The position numbers and the translations under genes are program-made. Under the pieces are notes generated by a model that searched no databases, was not told the origin of the DNA, and worked only from the letters and a program-made list of their open reading frames with translations. DNA of 64,000 nt from Proteromonas lacertae (taxonomy: Eukaryota), in the NCBI GenBank assembly GCA_002245135.1, contig NGBS01000593.1, forward strand, positions 62,001-126,000. The letters are read 5' to 3'. Positions 39,338-52,635 of the stretch are shown here, piece by piece (position 1 is the first letter of the stretch; every line of letters starts with the position of its first letter).

Positions 39338-40577
39338 ATGAGTGATCCATTGAATTATGATTTTTTATCATATATAAAGGAAGAATATGAAGTATAGATA
39401 TATAAATATTACTCAATAGGTTATTGGGTGTTTGAAAGAAGATGATAAAAAATATCTGTTTAAGGTAAAAAATCTGATAAATGATGCAAACGAAATATTA
39501 AAAGTAATAGATGTAAGATCTTGTGATAAGAAAAACATTGAAAAGTATTTAAAAGCTGTAAGAAAACTGAATGAATCAGAATATGATTATTTAATGAAAT
39601 ATAATTTGATAGAAGAGAATAATGGATATATATATCTGATAATGCCAGAATATTATGGATCATTGAATGATTATGATTTAAGCTATTTTAAATGTAGTTC
39701 TATCTTACGAGGAGAAATAAGAGATGAAAAAGAAGAAGAAATATGTAATTGTGAAGATAAAAATGATGATAAATATGAATATAGTGAATCAATTCATGAA
39801 TTCTTAAAAGATATATTAAATGCATTAGATGTAATACATGAAGAAGGTTATTGTCATGGAAATATTGATTATTCAAATATATTTGCTGAAGATGAGAAAT
39901 TCATCTTATCAGATTATTGTTTATATCTATTAGAAGAAGAAGCAGAAAGAAAGAAAAAAGAAGATAATAAAATTGATATTAAAGAGGAAAAAAATAAAAA
40001 AAATAAAATCTTAATACCTTATGCTGGTTACTCTAAAGATGATGATGATGAGGAGGAGGAGGAAGAAAAAGAGGAAAAGGATGATGATGATGATGGTGAC
40101 GATGATGATGATGAAAATGGTGAAGATGAAAATGATGATAAAAAAACAATTGACAAAAGAAAGATTATAAATATCATATATGAAAATCTTTCAAAGATTT
40201 ATGGAGATGCAGATGATGTTGATAAATATTTTGGTAAAGATAATAAGCCAAGAAAAAAAGATGATATTTCTACATTATTACAGAAAATTAAAAGTATTAT
40301 ACTAATAGAATGTAATTAATAGATGCTAAAAAAAAGAATATGATTATTATAACGACAGATATGAAAATCAATCTCCAACAAGTATTATTTCTATGAGGTT
40401 GATGGTTATAGATATTCTGTATATATTAAGAACGATGAAATATATGAAGGTAAATGTAGAATATTTTTGTTGAATAAAATAAATCAAAAATTAAAAAACG
40501 AAATTGAAAAATTGAAAAGAAGATATGGAGAAGAAACAAATACGAATGGAGGAATAAAAAGAAAGAAATTATTATAA
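39338..40577 (+). CDS. Pseudokinase, copy 2
   Basis: Paralog of 30503-31697 with the same promoter, first exon and KRKKLL end; CHGNIDYSNIF and LSDYC. Confidence 0.75.
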
Positions 40578-40930
40578 ATATTCTTTCATTATTTCAGTTT
40601 ATTATATCATTATTATTAATTGTTGAGTTTTGATAAGAAAAATTCAAACAGCATGTATACATATATAATGTGTGATATATCACTCTTGTTAGGTTGATAC
40701 TATCTTTAATCTCTATAAGTCATATCACTATAGAGACTTAACATAAATATTCAAATATATAGCTATGTGATGATTATGATATTCAAATAAATTAGATGAT
40801 GCGAAGTACTTCAATAAGACAAACGATAAAAGATGAACATTTGTTATTAATTAAACATATTATTTCAATTAAATACTCACAAACACATAAATAAATGAAA
40901 TTGAGCTGAAATTTTATAACCATATTCAAT

Positions 40931-41815
40931 TTAGTCATAAACAATACCAACATTATCTAATTCAACATAATTTTCATTCTTCTTTTCATGAACATGAATA
41001 ATTGAAGTACTATCAACAGCATCTGTCTCATATGAAATATCTAATGATATATTATTATCACTTTTGCATGAACGGATTGTAGAAGGTATAGAACCAAATG
41101 AGTTGTCTTCTACATCCTTTTCTAAATGGAATAATTCTTCTTCATCTCTGTTTACATCAGTTTTTTCTTCAAATACCACATTCCATAGAGTCATTCTAAA
41201 TACATCACTTTTTCTTCCATTATATTTCATTTTTGTCCCATTTAACTTCTTTATTATTTTTAATGCTGACTCTTTTGTAGAATATTCTAGCAAGGCAAAT
41301 CTTCCTTCTGTATCTTTATCAATCTTCAAAGATTTGAAGTTTCCAACAATACTGAATAAGTCATATATTTCTTTCTCAGTATTATCCAATATACCATCAA
41401 CTCTTACAAGAAAAAAATTATCAGTTTCAAGATAATAGACAAGAGATAATTTAAAAAGATTTCTAAACTTTTTTAATGCTTTAACAGCAGAATCTCTTGT
41501 GGAGTATTCAAGTAAGGCATGTCTTCCTTGTAGATCTACCTTAATTCTCACATATTTTAAATTTCCTACAACGCCAAATGTCTCTGACAATGTATTTACA
41601 TTATAGTCTGAAATACCATCTACTCTAACAATATAACTTATGCCACTTGATGTATTTACTGTCTTGTCAAAAGCAGCTTTACGACAATCAACTGAATAAC
41701 TTTGATGCTGCGCATGAACTTGCAATTTACTTAAGTCATTGCTTCTTGTGCTTTTAGCATTTTGCGAGTTATTGTTGATTGCGTGTGGAATATTTGTTGC
41801 GTTACTGTTAGACAT
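40931..41815 (-). CDS. RNA-binding protein with two RRM-like repeats, intronless
   Basis: Two copies of VRVDGI...FxxVGN[LF]K...GR[HF]ALLEYST..SA.K. Confidence 0.8.
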   Translation of the reverse strand: MSNSNATNIPHAINNNSQNAKSTRSNDLSKLQVHAQHQSYSVDCRKAAFDKTVNTSSGISYIVRVDGISDYNVNTLSETFGVVGNLKYVRIKVDLQGRHALLEYSTRDSAVKALKKFRNLFKLSLVYYLETDNFFLVRVDGILDNTEKEIYDLFSIVGNFKSLKIDKDTEGRFALLEYSTKESALKIIKKLNGTKMKYNGRKSDVFRMTLWNVVFEEKTDVNRDEEELFHLEKDVEDNSFGSIPSTIRSCKSDNNISLDISYETDAVDSTSIIHVHEKKNENYVELDNVGIVYD

Positions 41816-43178
41816 AGCTAAAGTAAAAATAATTACTCAGGATTTTCAATTTTAGTATTGAAATAGAAATCTTTAAAACCAAAAATGATAAGTTTGGCTT
41901 GAGTCTCTTTCAATATTTACACTACAAAGATAGATATTATTTATACTAAATTTCGATATGCTTTTATTAATATTTAGTATAAAATACATTTTTTAACTTT
42001 TTTAATCACACATCTATAACCTATTCAGATAGATAATAAAACTGTTAACATTATTACTTATTCAATAGTACTGTCTTTTAATGATGTAATATTCAAATTC
42101 ATTTTTTCATCATTCTTTAAAAAATAACTAGCATTCATCATAAATAACTGCTATTCATTCTCTGATATATTTACATAACATAACTACAACGTATATATAA
42201 TTTACACTTACTCATCTGTTTTACATAGAGAAATGAAAAATGAGGCTTGAATGTAGTTTGATTTAATATACAATTTTACATAGTGAATTTAAAGTATTTA
42301 CATAAAGTATTTACATAATTATATACATATTTTCATAAATTGTATATATATTATCATATATTTTAGCATTAGTTACAAGTTTAGCTGCAGAAGCGTTATG
42401 AATCGCTTTACTTATCATTTATATAAGATCGATATGGTTATAAATACAGGTACATATAGAAAAATTTACCTACAATAACCTGATTGCTCGTTTAATGAAT
42501 TAATAGAAAAAGGTATATATGTATTTGTAAAATGCAACAGAACATTATTATGAAGTATAGAATGATGTTATGTTATCCATAAAAACAATAAACTGACAAG
42601 CATCACTTATCTATACTTTATCAATAGCTTTATCAGCAGATTGTCGTGTAGAATAGAGTAGCAAGTAATATTTTCCTCTTATACCTGTTTTATACTAAAT
42701 AAGTTGTATATTACTCTTTCGGTATTATTGAGAATACCATCAACTCTTATATAAGTAATATCTATTGAAAAAAATCAGGAAGATATACTTTTAAAAGAAT
42801 CATCAAAAGAGTTGTATATGCTGTTGACATTTATATTGAATGTTTTTCTGAGATAATAAGCGGTGCTGTTTTTTACTTTTGTCATTTTAAGTAAATTTTA
42901 TATGATTTACATACCAATAATAATGTTATTGGTTGTATTCTGTAGGCTTGACTTCTCGTTCGATTTATATGTAAACTTACTTAATTCCATTTTATGAGTG
43001 TAATAACTAATAAAATGGTATTTAGTTATTATATAGATGTTAATGTGAAGAATATATACATATTAAACCATATTTAGTAATGCTAAATCAGATTGATTTT
43101 TTATACTGATTATCTGGTAATGTAGAATATAATTGAAATGATGATAAAGTCAATGATATTATTGTTAAATAAATTCAA

Positions 43179-43424
43179 ATGATATTATTTAAATTATTCA
43201 GATTATTACATATGGTAAAAGCCAAAGTCAATTCAGATTCTGTCAACAAAGATCTATTTAAATTCATAACCTTCAATGCAGTCAGTACCACAATATTATA
43301 CTCACCAGAATTTAGAAGGCTTTGCTTCAAACTAGGATATATTATACCTCTAAGAGAGGTTTATAATGATTATTTATTTTCAGAAACTGAGAAAGTAAGA
43401 GACTTATTGAAGACAAATCATTAA
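43179..43424 (+). mobile_element. Possible decayed hAT-type transposase fragment
   Basis: LFKFITFNAVSTTILYSPEFRRLCFKLGYIIPLREV resembles the hAT FI...P.F..L...Y.IP.R segment; the surrounding ~2 kb lacks intact genes. No TIRs identified. Confidence 0.3.
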
Positions 43425-43729
43425 TATCCAGAAATAGAGATTTATTATTATAATTACATTAATATTTGTTTTTTAGAGATATTAATCAATATAAATTAAT
43501 CATCAAAATAACAAGTTGTTTATAAATATGTTGAATATCACTATTGAGTAGTTTGTAGATGAATTTTAATATATCAGAATAGATATTAATACAATTTCAA
43601 CCAATCTTTGTCATAACTATAGTAATTAAAGTAAAACAAGAAGCAGGAATAATATTTTATATAGTATGGTAGTTTGTATAAAACAAATGTAACTCAATAA
43701 GTAATTAAAATAGATTTTAACAATATAAT

Positions 43730-43809
43730 GCTTGAGGTTTGACCGACAGACAATCAAAGCTAGATTATAGGTTTTACCTATAACCTATAGGTTACCTATT
43801 TATACAACC
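43730..43809 (+). ncRNA. Candidate small H/ACA-like RNA
   Basis: Hairpin - AGATTA (ANANNA) - hairpin - ACA arrangement in a locally GC-richer patch. Confidence 0.25.
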
Positions 43810-43895
43810 CTGAGAAATAGCATTTGTGTAGTTAATTCTATACATTACATATTATACACAATTATATTCATTTTAAACAAAAGTAATTAAAATTA

Positions 43896-44441
43896 TTAAA
43901 AATTAAATATTCTCTTCTTTTTATATTTCTTTGCTGTAACATTCTTCACTTTCTTTATTATTGGTTTATATCCAAAATGCAATACACTTCCATCATGAAT
44001 TCCATAGTTTATTAACTGAGTTTTGTCATCGAACAATCCAACATTGCTAGCATTTACTAATATGTACTTTTTCCACACATATTTCCTAATAACAACATAT
44101 ATTAAATACTTATTAATAAATACCAATGAATTCTTTTGTTTTCTACTTTTGAATTGACACTATCTTCAATTGCTTTTTTTAAATCAAGTAAACTTCCATC
44201 ATTCTTAATTATAACATCTATTTACTCAAAATACCTAAAGTATACTATATTCTTTATTATCAAATCTCATTATTTTTAATTTCATTGCTATTCCCTTTTC
44301 ATAACAAATTAATCTGTCTAATTCACTAATGTTGCTATTTTCAATAACATCACCTAGTAGTGGGTCTTTTTTTAGCATTTCATATACCTGTTCCAGCCTA
44401 TCATCAGATATAACGTTTTTCATTTCTATATTCATATCCAT
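43896..44441 (-). CDS. SNRNP25: U11/U12 snRNP 25-kDa protein (ubiquitin-like fold), multi-exon
   Basis: DPLLGD..ELDRLICYEKGIAMKLKIMRFD..LLDLKKAIE..IHWKYVWKKYILV..DDKTQLINYGIHDGSVLHF. Confidence 0.85.
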
Positions 44442-44534
44442 TATTCAATAATTCAATTATTTATATATCTATTTTGCTCAAACATATGATTTGTTTCTTT
44501 ATTTTAGAATTAAAAAATAGGTAGAATCTTGTTA

Positions 44535-46770
44535 ATGAATAAGATATATATTTTAATATTTTCTCTATTGCTAATACATGCATATATTAGTGATTTTAAG
44601 ATATTTGTGAATGGTTTGGATGATGAAGAGATATTATTTGAGAAAAAAGCCAGTAGTGTGGAAGTTGGAACAGATAGTGAAGAATCATTGACAGGTATAT
44701 CATCAGAAAGTAGTGCAAATACTGTTCAACCTGAAATTGTTACTAGTCATGAAGAAGGAGCTACTCTGGAAGAAGGAACAGATGATGAAGGTAATGAAGA
44801 AGGTACAAATGATGAAGAAAACCCTACAAAAGATGATTCTGAAACAGAACCAGAGGATGAATTAGATTATGAAGGTTTATATAATCGTATACAGCACATT
44901 AGTAATGCAAAAGAATTTTTACAGTGTATAAAAAGTTATAAAGTTGATGATTTGATATGTATACTTGATGAAGATATAATATTCACGAACAATGAAATGA
45001 ATGATTGGAAACCGTTATATTTCAACGGAACTCTGATTGGAAACAAACATAAAATAAAAATTGAATCATTTGAATTAATATTAAACTCTAAAATAAAAGA
45101 AATTTCATATGGATTATTCTCTAAAGTAATATCAAATTCAATAATTGAAGATTTACATATTATAGTAGAAAAATCAATTACATTAACATCATCTTATGAA
45201 ATAAATAACTTTGGTGTATTAAGTGGAATAATTGAAAAAAATGTAAAAATAGAAAGAGTGAGTGTAGAAATCAATTCATTTGTAATAAATGATATAAAAA
45301 ATACAGTTGGATCGAATATTGGTTTATTAGCTGGAATATGTAGCGATTCACAATCAATAAATCATATTAATATTATAATAAGAAATATATTTACTATAAA
45401 TAACTCTATTAACTTAATATATGGTAATTTGATAGGTAAGAGTAAATCATGTAGAATTAGTTATATCACAATTATTATACCAAAATATAGTGTTAATTCA
45501 AATAATAATAATAATGAAATAATAATAACTATTGGTGGAATAATTGGTAAAAGTATTGATACTACATTAATAGCTAGTTATATATATATAAATTATTATA
45601 TAATAAATAATAAGAATAATAAAGGAGTATATAATATTGGTTTCTTAATTGGAGATGGATTAAACACTATTTTAACTCATTCATTTGTTGTTATTCCACA
45701 GTTTTATATAAATTCAAATAATAATGATAATAATAATATTTATATTGGTGGATTCTTAAGTAAATCAAATGGAATTAATATTACTTCTTGTTATACTACA
45801 ATAGTGTTTATGAATAATGAACTATCATCAGATTTGAAGAATATTCATTATGGTGGAATATTCTATACAGGTGAAGGTAATAATGATATAAATGATTGTT
45901 ATTTAAGTGGAAAAGTTGGATTATTTCAATCCAAATATTTAATTAGTGGTGATAAAGATTTAAGTAAAATCAATATTAATACCATTATAATTGATTATAC
46001 AAATTTGAATGACAAATGGAAATTATATGATTTTACTGCTGGTAATAATAGAATATTAAGTGAAGATAATATAAATAACCTTTACGTTATTACTGATATT
46101 GATAATATTTCAGGTTGTAATGATAAATGTAAAATAATTAAAACAAAAAACTCTGCTGATATAAATAGCTTTGAAAACATCAATTTTATTGGTGGATTTT
46201 GGAGATTCAATCCACTTGGATTGTCACAAGTACCTTTAGTTGACATTAATTCTATAATTACACAATCAGTGGATATAAATATAATGAAGAAAGTTCGTTT
46301 TTATATTCCAACAGTATATAATATATATTTCAATAATGAGAATTGGATTATTCCATTACAAGGATTACCATATTTAGCAGATATGAATAGAATATATTTA
46401 AGTTCAACAGTTTATAGCTCTACTTATTCAGTAGATGTTAATTACAAGTATTTGAATAAGAATAAATGTTTGAATGAATGTAATCATCATGGAACTTGTA
46501 TGAACAATGTTTGTATTTGTGATAGTGGATATATGGGTTTAGATTGCTCATTTTGTATATATATATATATATATATATATTATTATTATTATTATTATTA
46601 TAGTGAATTGTATAAGTGATAATAGTAAAGTGGTTGAAGAAGTAAATGGATTGAGAAAAACAAAAGTGTTGAATGAATGTACAGGAAATGGTATTTGTAA
46701 TAGAGAAAGTGGTTTATGTGAATGTAATGCTAAATTTGATGGTGTAGGTTGTAGTAAAACAGTTAATTAA
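44535..46770 (+). CDS. Secreted protein: acidic linker, GLUG/beta-helix-like region and two tenascin-type EGF domains
   Basis: Signal peptide; FNGTLIGNKHKI and IGGIIG repeats related to 13563-16661; CLNECNHHGTC..CICDSGYMGLDCS and spliced ECTGNGICNRESGLCEC..GCS. Confidence 0.8.
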
Positions 46771-46867
46771 TTAATTTATACTAATTTCATATATAAATAC
46801 TATATACTATTGAAAACATTAAATATAACCTAATATCAATTCAAAATATATAATATAAATATAATTA

Positions 46868-49800
46868 TTATGTTAAATCATATTCAACTAAAAATGTTCT
46901 TATCTCATTTGGTTTTATCTTCACTATATAATCATATTCTTTCACTACATGTGGTCTAGCTATTCTTATATGTTGCACTTTTTGTCTTCTTACACTTTCT
47001 AGTGAAATTATTCCTCCTAAATCTCTTTCTTCAATTTTCTATATAAAAATAAAAATATATTATTATTATTATTATAATACTTTAATATTTGGTATATTCA
47101 AAGAAGCAAATAAATCAATCACCACATCTTCATTATTGACATTTATATTCTCTAATCTCAACAAAATAGACTTTTTAGTCTCATATGTATTAATTGATAA
47201 AACATGAAGTGTATTAGCTAAACTACCTTTAACAATAGAATAATTTGGTTTAAAATCAGTTGGTAAAGTATTCTGGTTATATTGTATATAGTTTATAAGT
47301 GGTTTATTAAACAACATTGTTCTATATTTCATCATTAATGGTTTTATTACTTCATATTTATTACATAATAAATAGGAAGTACTTATAAATACCATATTGT
47401 CATCATTATAATCTTCATTTATTCCATTTATATTTCGATTATATAAAATCTCTAACTCATTATCTGATGGAGAACTAATCGAATGACTCATTTCATTGAT
47501 TATTCCTATCGCATTTGTACCATCATTCATTATAATAGAAGTAGATGAGGGATAGTAATTACCAGCTATATTTTCACTTATTTCTTTCTTATTGTTATTA
47601 TTTCTTTTATGTTTATAAAATGACAATGAATTTAAATCACTTTCTATTATTCCACTATTATTCAAATTGGTTGTGAAATGATGAACAATTTCTTTATTTT
47701 TTTCAACCTTTTTATTTTCATAAGTTAATTCAATAAACTCTCGATTATCTCCAGTCATATATACTCTGTAATTAACAATATAATTGTCAGTGTATTTCAT
47801 ATACATTTCATGAGCTACATTTCCTTTATAAATAGTAGTTTCTAGCTGTTTATCAGTTGTTATTGGATATTTAATTGCATCAATTGGAACAATCAAATAA
47901 TTGAAAATATATTCGTTTTCTTCTTCAGTTATAATATCTTCCAAATCAATTAAATTCCTATCTGTTTCATCTTTAGTTGGGTTTGGATTAAATACATAAA
48001 TAGGAATACCATTTTCATCTCTTTTACCAATATTTGAATATAATATTTCATCACCATTAACATTTGTTATTTGTCCAATAATAAACACTTCTTTCACATT
48101 ACTATCATAAGGTAAAATTATTTTCTTTACATCTTCATTTTTGTATGTAAATTTCACACTTTTATGTTTTATTGGTAAATGATTGTAATATGTCTTTAAT
48201 GGAGTGGTTGTTATTGTGTTTCTAAATGAAATAAAGTCAATTTCTATATCAGAATTCCATTTATAATCCATTATATTGTTATTCTCGACATTAACTCTAC
48301 TTAACACTATACTAAATCCTGTTTCATTAACATTCAATATATTTGACACAATTGTTTCTTTATTCATTATTCCAACTAATGTATAATATACTTCAATATC
48401 ATTATTTAACGATTTTTTATATGAATTTTTAAATGGAATGAAATATGTTCTTGTTGTATTAATATCATTCTTTCCTATTTTAAATGTATCATATATTACA
48501 TCTTTTGATAGTGTTTCTGGTGCTATTGGAACAAATACATTTGTTATTTCAATATTATCATCAGATTTATAATAAAATGATTCATATACTGAAATATGAA
48601 CATCATCAACATCAATGCAATTCAATATATATCTATCATTCTTATTAACGACATTATTTTCAGAAAATAAGATTGAATTTATTTTATCAAATTTAGTTGG
48701 AAAAGAATAATCTTTTTGCATTACGAAATCATTAATTTTTGTTGTGTATTTATTGCCAAAATAAGGCTTAGGACGAAAAACAAATTCATTGGATGTTATA
48801 TCTGTTATTTCATCATCTTTACCATCTGCTGGAATGTAGTAGTATAAATTATGACCAAGATTGACTTGATAATTAACTTGTCTGTTTGTTACATTTGATA
48901 TATAATCTATTAGAAATAATAATATGTAAATATATACTTGAATCTGGTTCAACTGTCAATGATAATTTATCATTTTGAATAAAGTTTGAAGTGGATAAGA
49001 TTCCTAGAGGTAAATCTTCTTTTCCTTTTGTAATAGTAACAGAACAATAACTTACTGGAAAACAATGGATTGGGAAATATAATGTATAATTACCATACTG
49101 GTAAAATGAACTGTAAGTTGGAATTAAATTGACTTGAGCTGTAATTGAATGATCAGTTGAATCTTTTAAGAGTAAATCTGTTCTATTGACAATCATATGA
49201 ACCTATATTTTATAAACATAATAATAATAATACCACTTGAGTTATAGCCCATGATAATGGATTATAAATATATAAAATAACCATTTCTCCCTCTTTCAAT
49301 TGATTAATAATTGATGAATTCTTATGTTTTATATAACCAGAAGGTAAATTGGATAATTCCAAATACATTGTTGCTAATATATCATCAATTTTATCATTTG
49401 CTTTGTTTAAATTGTAAATTGTCGATTGCGCTACTTGTTGTTTTTCTGTTCCACCGACTGTGTGATGGTGATAACTTGAACTTATTATTCTTCGAGTTTT
49501 CTATTTATTTGTAAATTTAAAAATAATAATATAAATCATACATCTACATCTGATTCATAATTATAACAACTTGACACATTGTTAATACAACTGAATGTAT
49601 ATAATCCTTCCAATACATGCAAATTACTGTGACTTTTTCTATTTATAATAATACATAAATACAGGTGTATTATACTGTATTAATAATTTCTCTTTCATTC
49701 TTGATGAATAATATCCAACTTCATATTTATGGGGTTGTTTTATATAATTCAATAAGTTACCTTCATATAATTTCCATCTTGAAATATCAATGTCATTTAT

Positions 49801-50830
49801 AACTTTAAAATATTCATCCAATGTTGAATACTGTATTTTAATATCTTTATATTCTTTATTAATATAATTTATTAAGTCGTCCATTTGTGTATAAGGAACT
49901 GTGCTTGCAATAAATGAATGATAACCTCCAAAGGGTATAAACACGTTATTATCATTATTATAATATTGATTCTTCTCTTTTACTACGTTTATGAAATTAT
50001 CAGCGATATTTTTGATATTTACATTATAGTCATCTAAATTTGGGTTTGTATTAATCCAATATTGATTATCACTTTCATCTGTTACTCTTTTTGTGGTAGT
50101 GAAATCGATAATTAAAGGCGATTCATAGGAATCATCTAGAATATGAACAAATATAGTCTATTTATTATAAATAACGTAGATACATTCATATTTTCTGATG
50201 TTTTCCATAAAAATTCCAACTCTTTGTTCTTCATTCTCTCTATTTTAGTAATTTCGTCAATCTCACTTATGACGATGTATTTTACCCCCATCTGAGAAAG
50301 GATACGAATATTATCTTTACTGTAATTTTTTATGTTTGTTAACCAAGCTACTTTTGGAGTAAAATTAAATTCGTTTTTGAGAAATCTTAATCCCACTGTC
50401 ATTTCATCTATTATCCCTTCATAATAAGTTGTGACTTGGTCATTAACAACCCATCCACCGAAATTAAACTCAATCTAAAAATAATAGAATTAAATACTTG
50501 GTGGTTACTAACTAATTTCTTCATCCTGTCTTTCATTGAATCATTTTGTTCTTCATACCATCTATATAGATCACTTATTGATGAAAATGTGAATCTTCTT
50601 TGAGGATTGTCTTCTAAAGAATGAATGAGTGAAGTGAACATATATCTCACATCCTAATAATAGGACATTAAATATTATACCTTTACATAATACTCGTCTT
50701 TCGATTGAAGCCAACCCGGCTCTGTATGAGAGTGTGGAACAATATATATCTTTAGCTCTTCTTCAAGTGATATACAAATGAAAAACAGAATTAAAATCAC
50801 ATAGCTCATAAAGTATTTTTTGTTTTTCAT
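46868..50830 (-). CDS. GH38 alpha-mannosidase-like secreted protein with altered catalytic motifs, multi-exon
   Basis: IVPHSHTEPGWL, PQRRFTFS, PKVAW, IQYSTLDEYF, GYYSSR, IAGNYYP, LEILYNR and LLRLEN. Confidence 0.85.
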
Positions 50831-50918
50831 TTTTATAACGATCAAATTTTTAATAATCACAATTATTATTCTTCATAAAATAGAGAAATTAACAAATAAA
50901 AAATAATTATTATATCAT

Positions 50919-51012
50919 TTAATCACTATCAGTTGAATAATAAGTACTACTACACACATCATCATCATCATACTCATCTTCATCCGTTGTGTTTTCATTT
51001 TCATTTTCATCG

Positions 51013-51046
<34 letters not shown>

Positions 51047-52523
51047 ATTCTGAGCCATATTCTGATCCATCATCCTCATCTTCATCATCTACTCCAAATT
51101 TGATAAACTGGTTGTGGTTAATTGACGATTTCACCACTGACCTTCTGAAAATTTTATTATCCTTCAATTCATTGATGTCATCTATATCACTCTCATTTGA
51201 CGAATCTGCCTCTTCAAAACACACCATATCAGCTTCACTACCACTTTCATAAGCATCTGACTCTATAGATGAAGCATGGTACTTCAAACTACTCAAATAC
51301 CTGTAATACTTTGGTTTATTCTCTTTCTCACTGATAGAACTAGTATCACTATCATGACCATCCTCACCTTCAGGTTTTTCTTTCTTCTTTTCATCTCCAT
51401 CAGCAGCTATTACAATATCTATAACATCTTCCTCATCTGTAGAGTTTTCATCATTTTTATCAATCATTCTATCATTGTCTTCACTTAATTTAATAGTCTG
51501 TGGAGTTGGTTCAGATTTTGGTTGTGAATTATTTGTCGATGTAGTTGAAATGACTTTTTTCACAGGCGTAGATTGAGAGGAGGAGATATTTGAAAATTTT
51601 GATTTGTTATCATCATCAGATAGTAAATGTTCAGTAAATAAACTATCACTATCTGATTCATGATTATTACTATTATTGATTCTTTCTTTTTCATTATTTT
51701 CTCTTTCAAGTCTTTCTTCTTCTTCTTTTTCTTTACATTCTTTCTTTTCTTCTCCCATTATTTCTTTAGATTCAACTATTATTTTATCCATATTTACATC
51801 ATTATTTATAATCATTTCATCATTCTCATCAAATTTCAATTCTCTCAATACATTCATACTCATTAAAGAATCATTACTTCCATCACTACTATCGTCATCA
51901 TCATCATCAGTTGTAGTCATTAAATTATCATCTTTAGAAGGAATATAATCTGAATCATCATCATCATCTTCTTCTTCAGAATCTGAACTATTATTTTTAT
52001 CACTATTATCATTGACTGTATGGTCAAATAATCTCATTGTACTATCACCAAAATCAGGTTTTGTTTCACCCAACATACACATTTTCTTTATTTCTAAATC
52101 TCTTTCTGTAGCAGTATTTCTAATATTATCAGTGGTGTTGTTGTTATTGAATAAATTGAATTCATTATTTTCACTATCTTCTTTACTGAAAATATCTTTT
52201 CTAATTCGAAGTTTCCTTGGTTGGATTAATACATCTTCTTCTATGTCTGTTTCATTCTCAGTTTCTGTGTCAGTTGCTGATTTAGCATCAAAAATAACAT
52301 CACCATCACCACCACTTTCATCATCATCATCATCTTCTTCTTCTTCTTCTTCCTCATCATCTGCATCATCATCAGGTAATGAAGGAAAGTGAAATCCTTT
52401 ATCATTTTTCTCAAAATTATTTAATTCAATTGCATTACCATAAAAGTTGAATAAATCTGAAACACCATTAAATATATTGCAAAGACCATCATCATCATCA
52501 CCATCATCATCATCTGAACTAGA

Positions 52524-52559
<36 letters not shown>

Positions 52560-52603
52560 TGTTGAGATTGTAAAAGGAATTGTAGTAGAAAGAGATGGAG
52601 TAT

Positions 52604-52635
<32 letters not shown>

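Noticed and set aside
43730..43770. U4 snRNA-like TGAGGTTT..CCGA
   Set aside because: No U6-pairing 5' region and no Sm site.
43800..43830. CTGAGAAATA as a TPP riboswitch core
   Set aside because: The downstream CCTGAT..TAATGC..GCGTAGG elements are absent.
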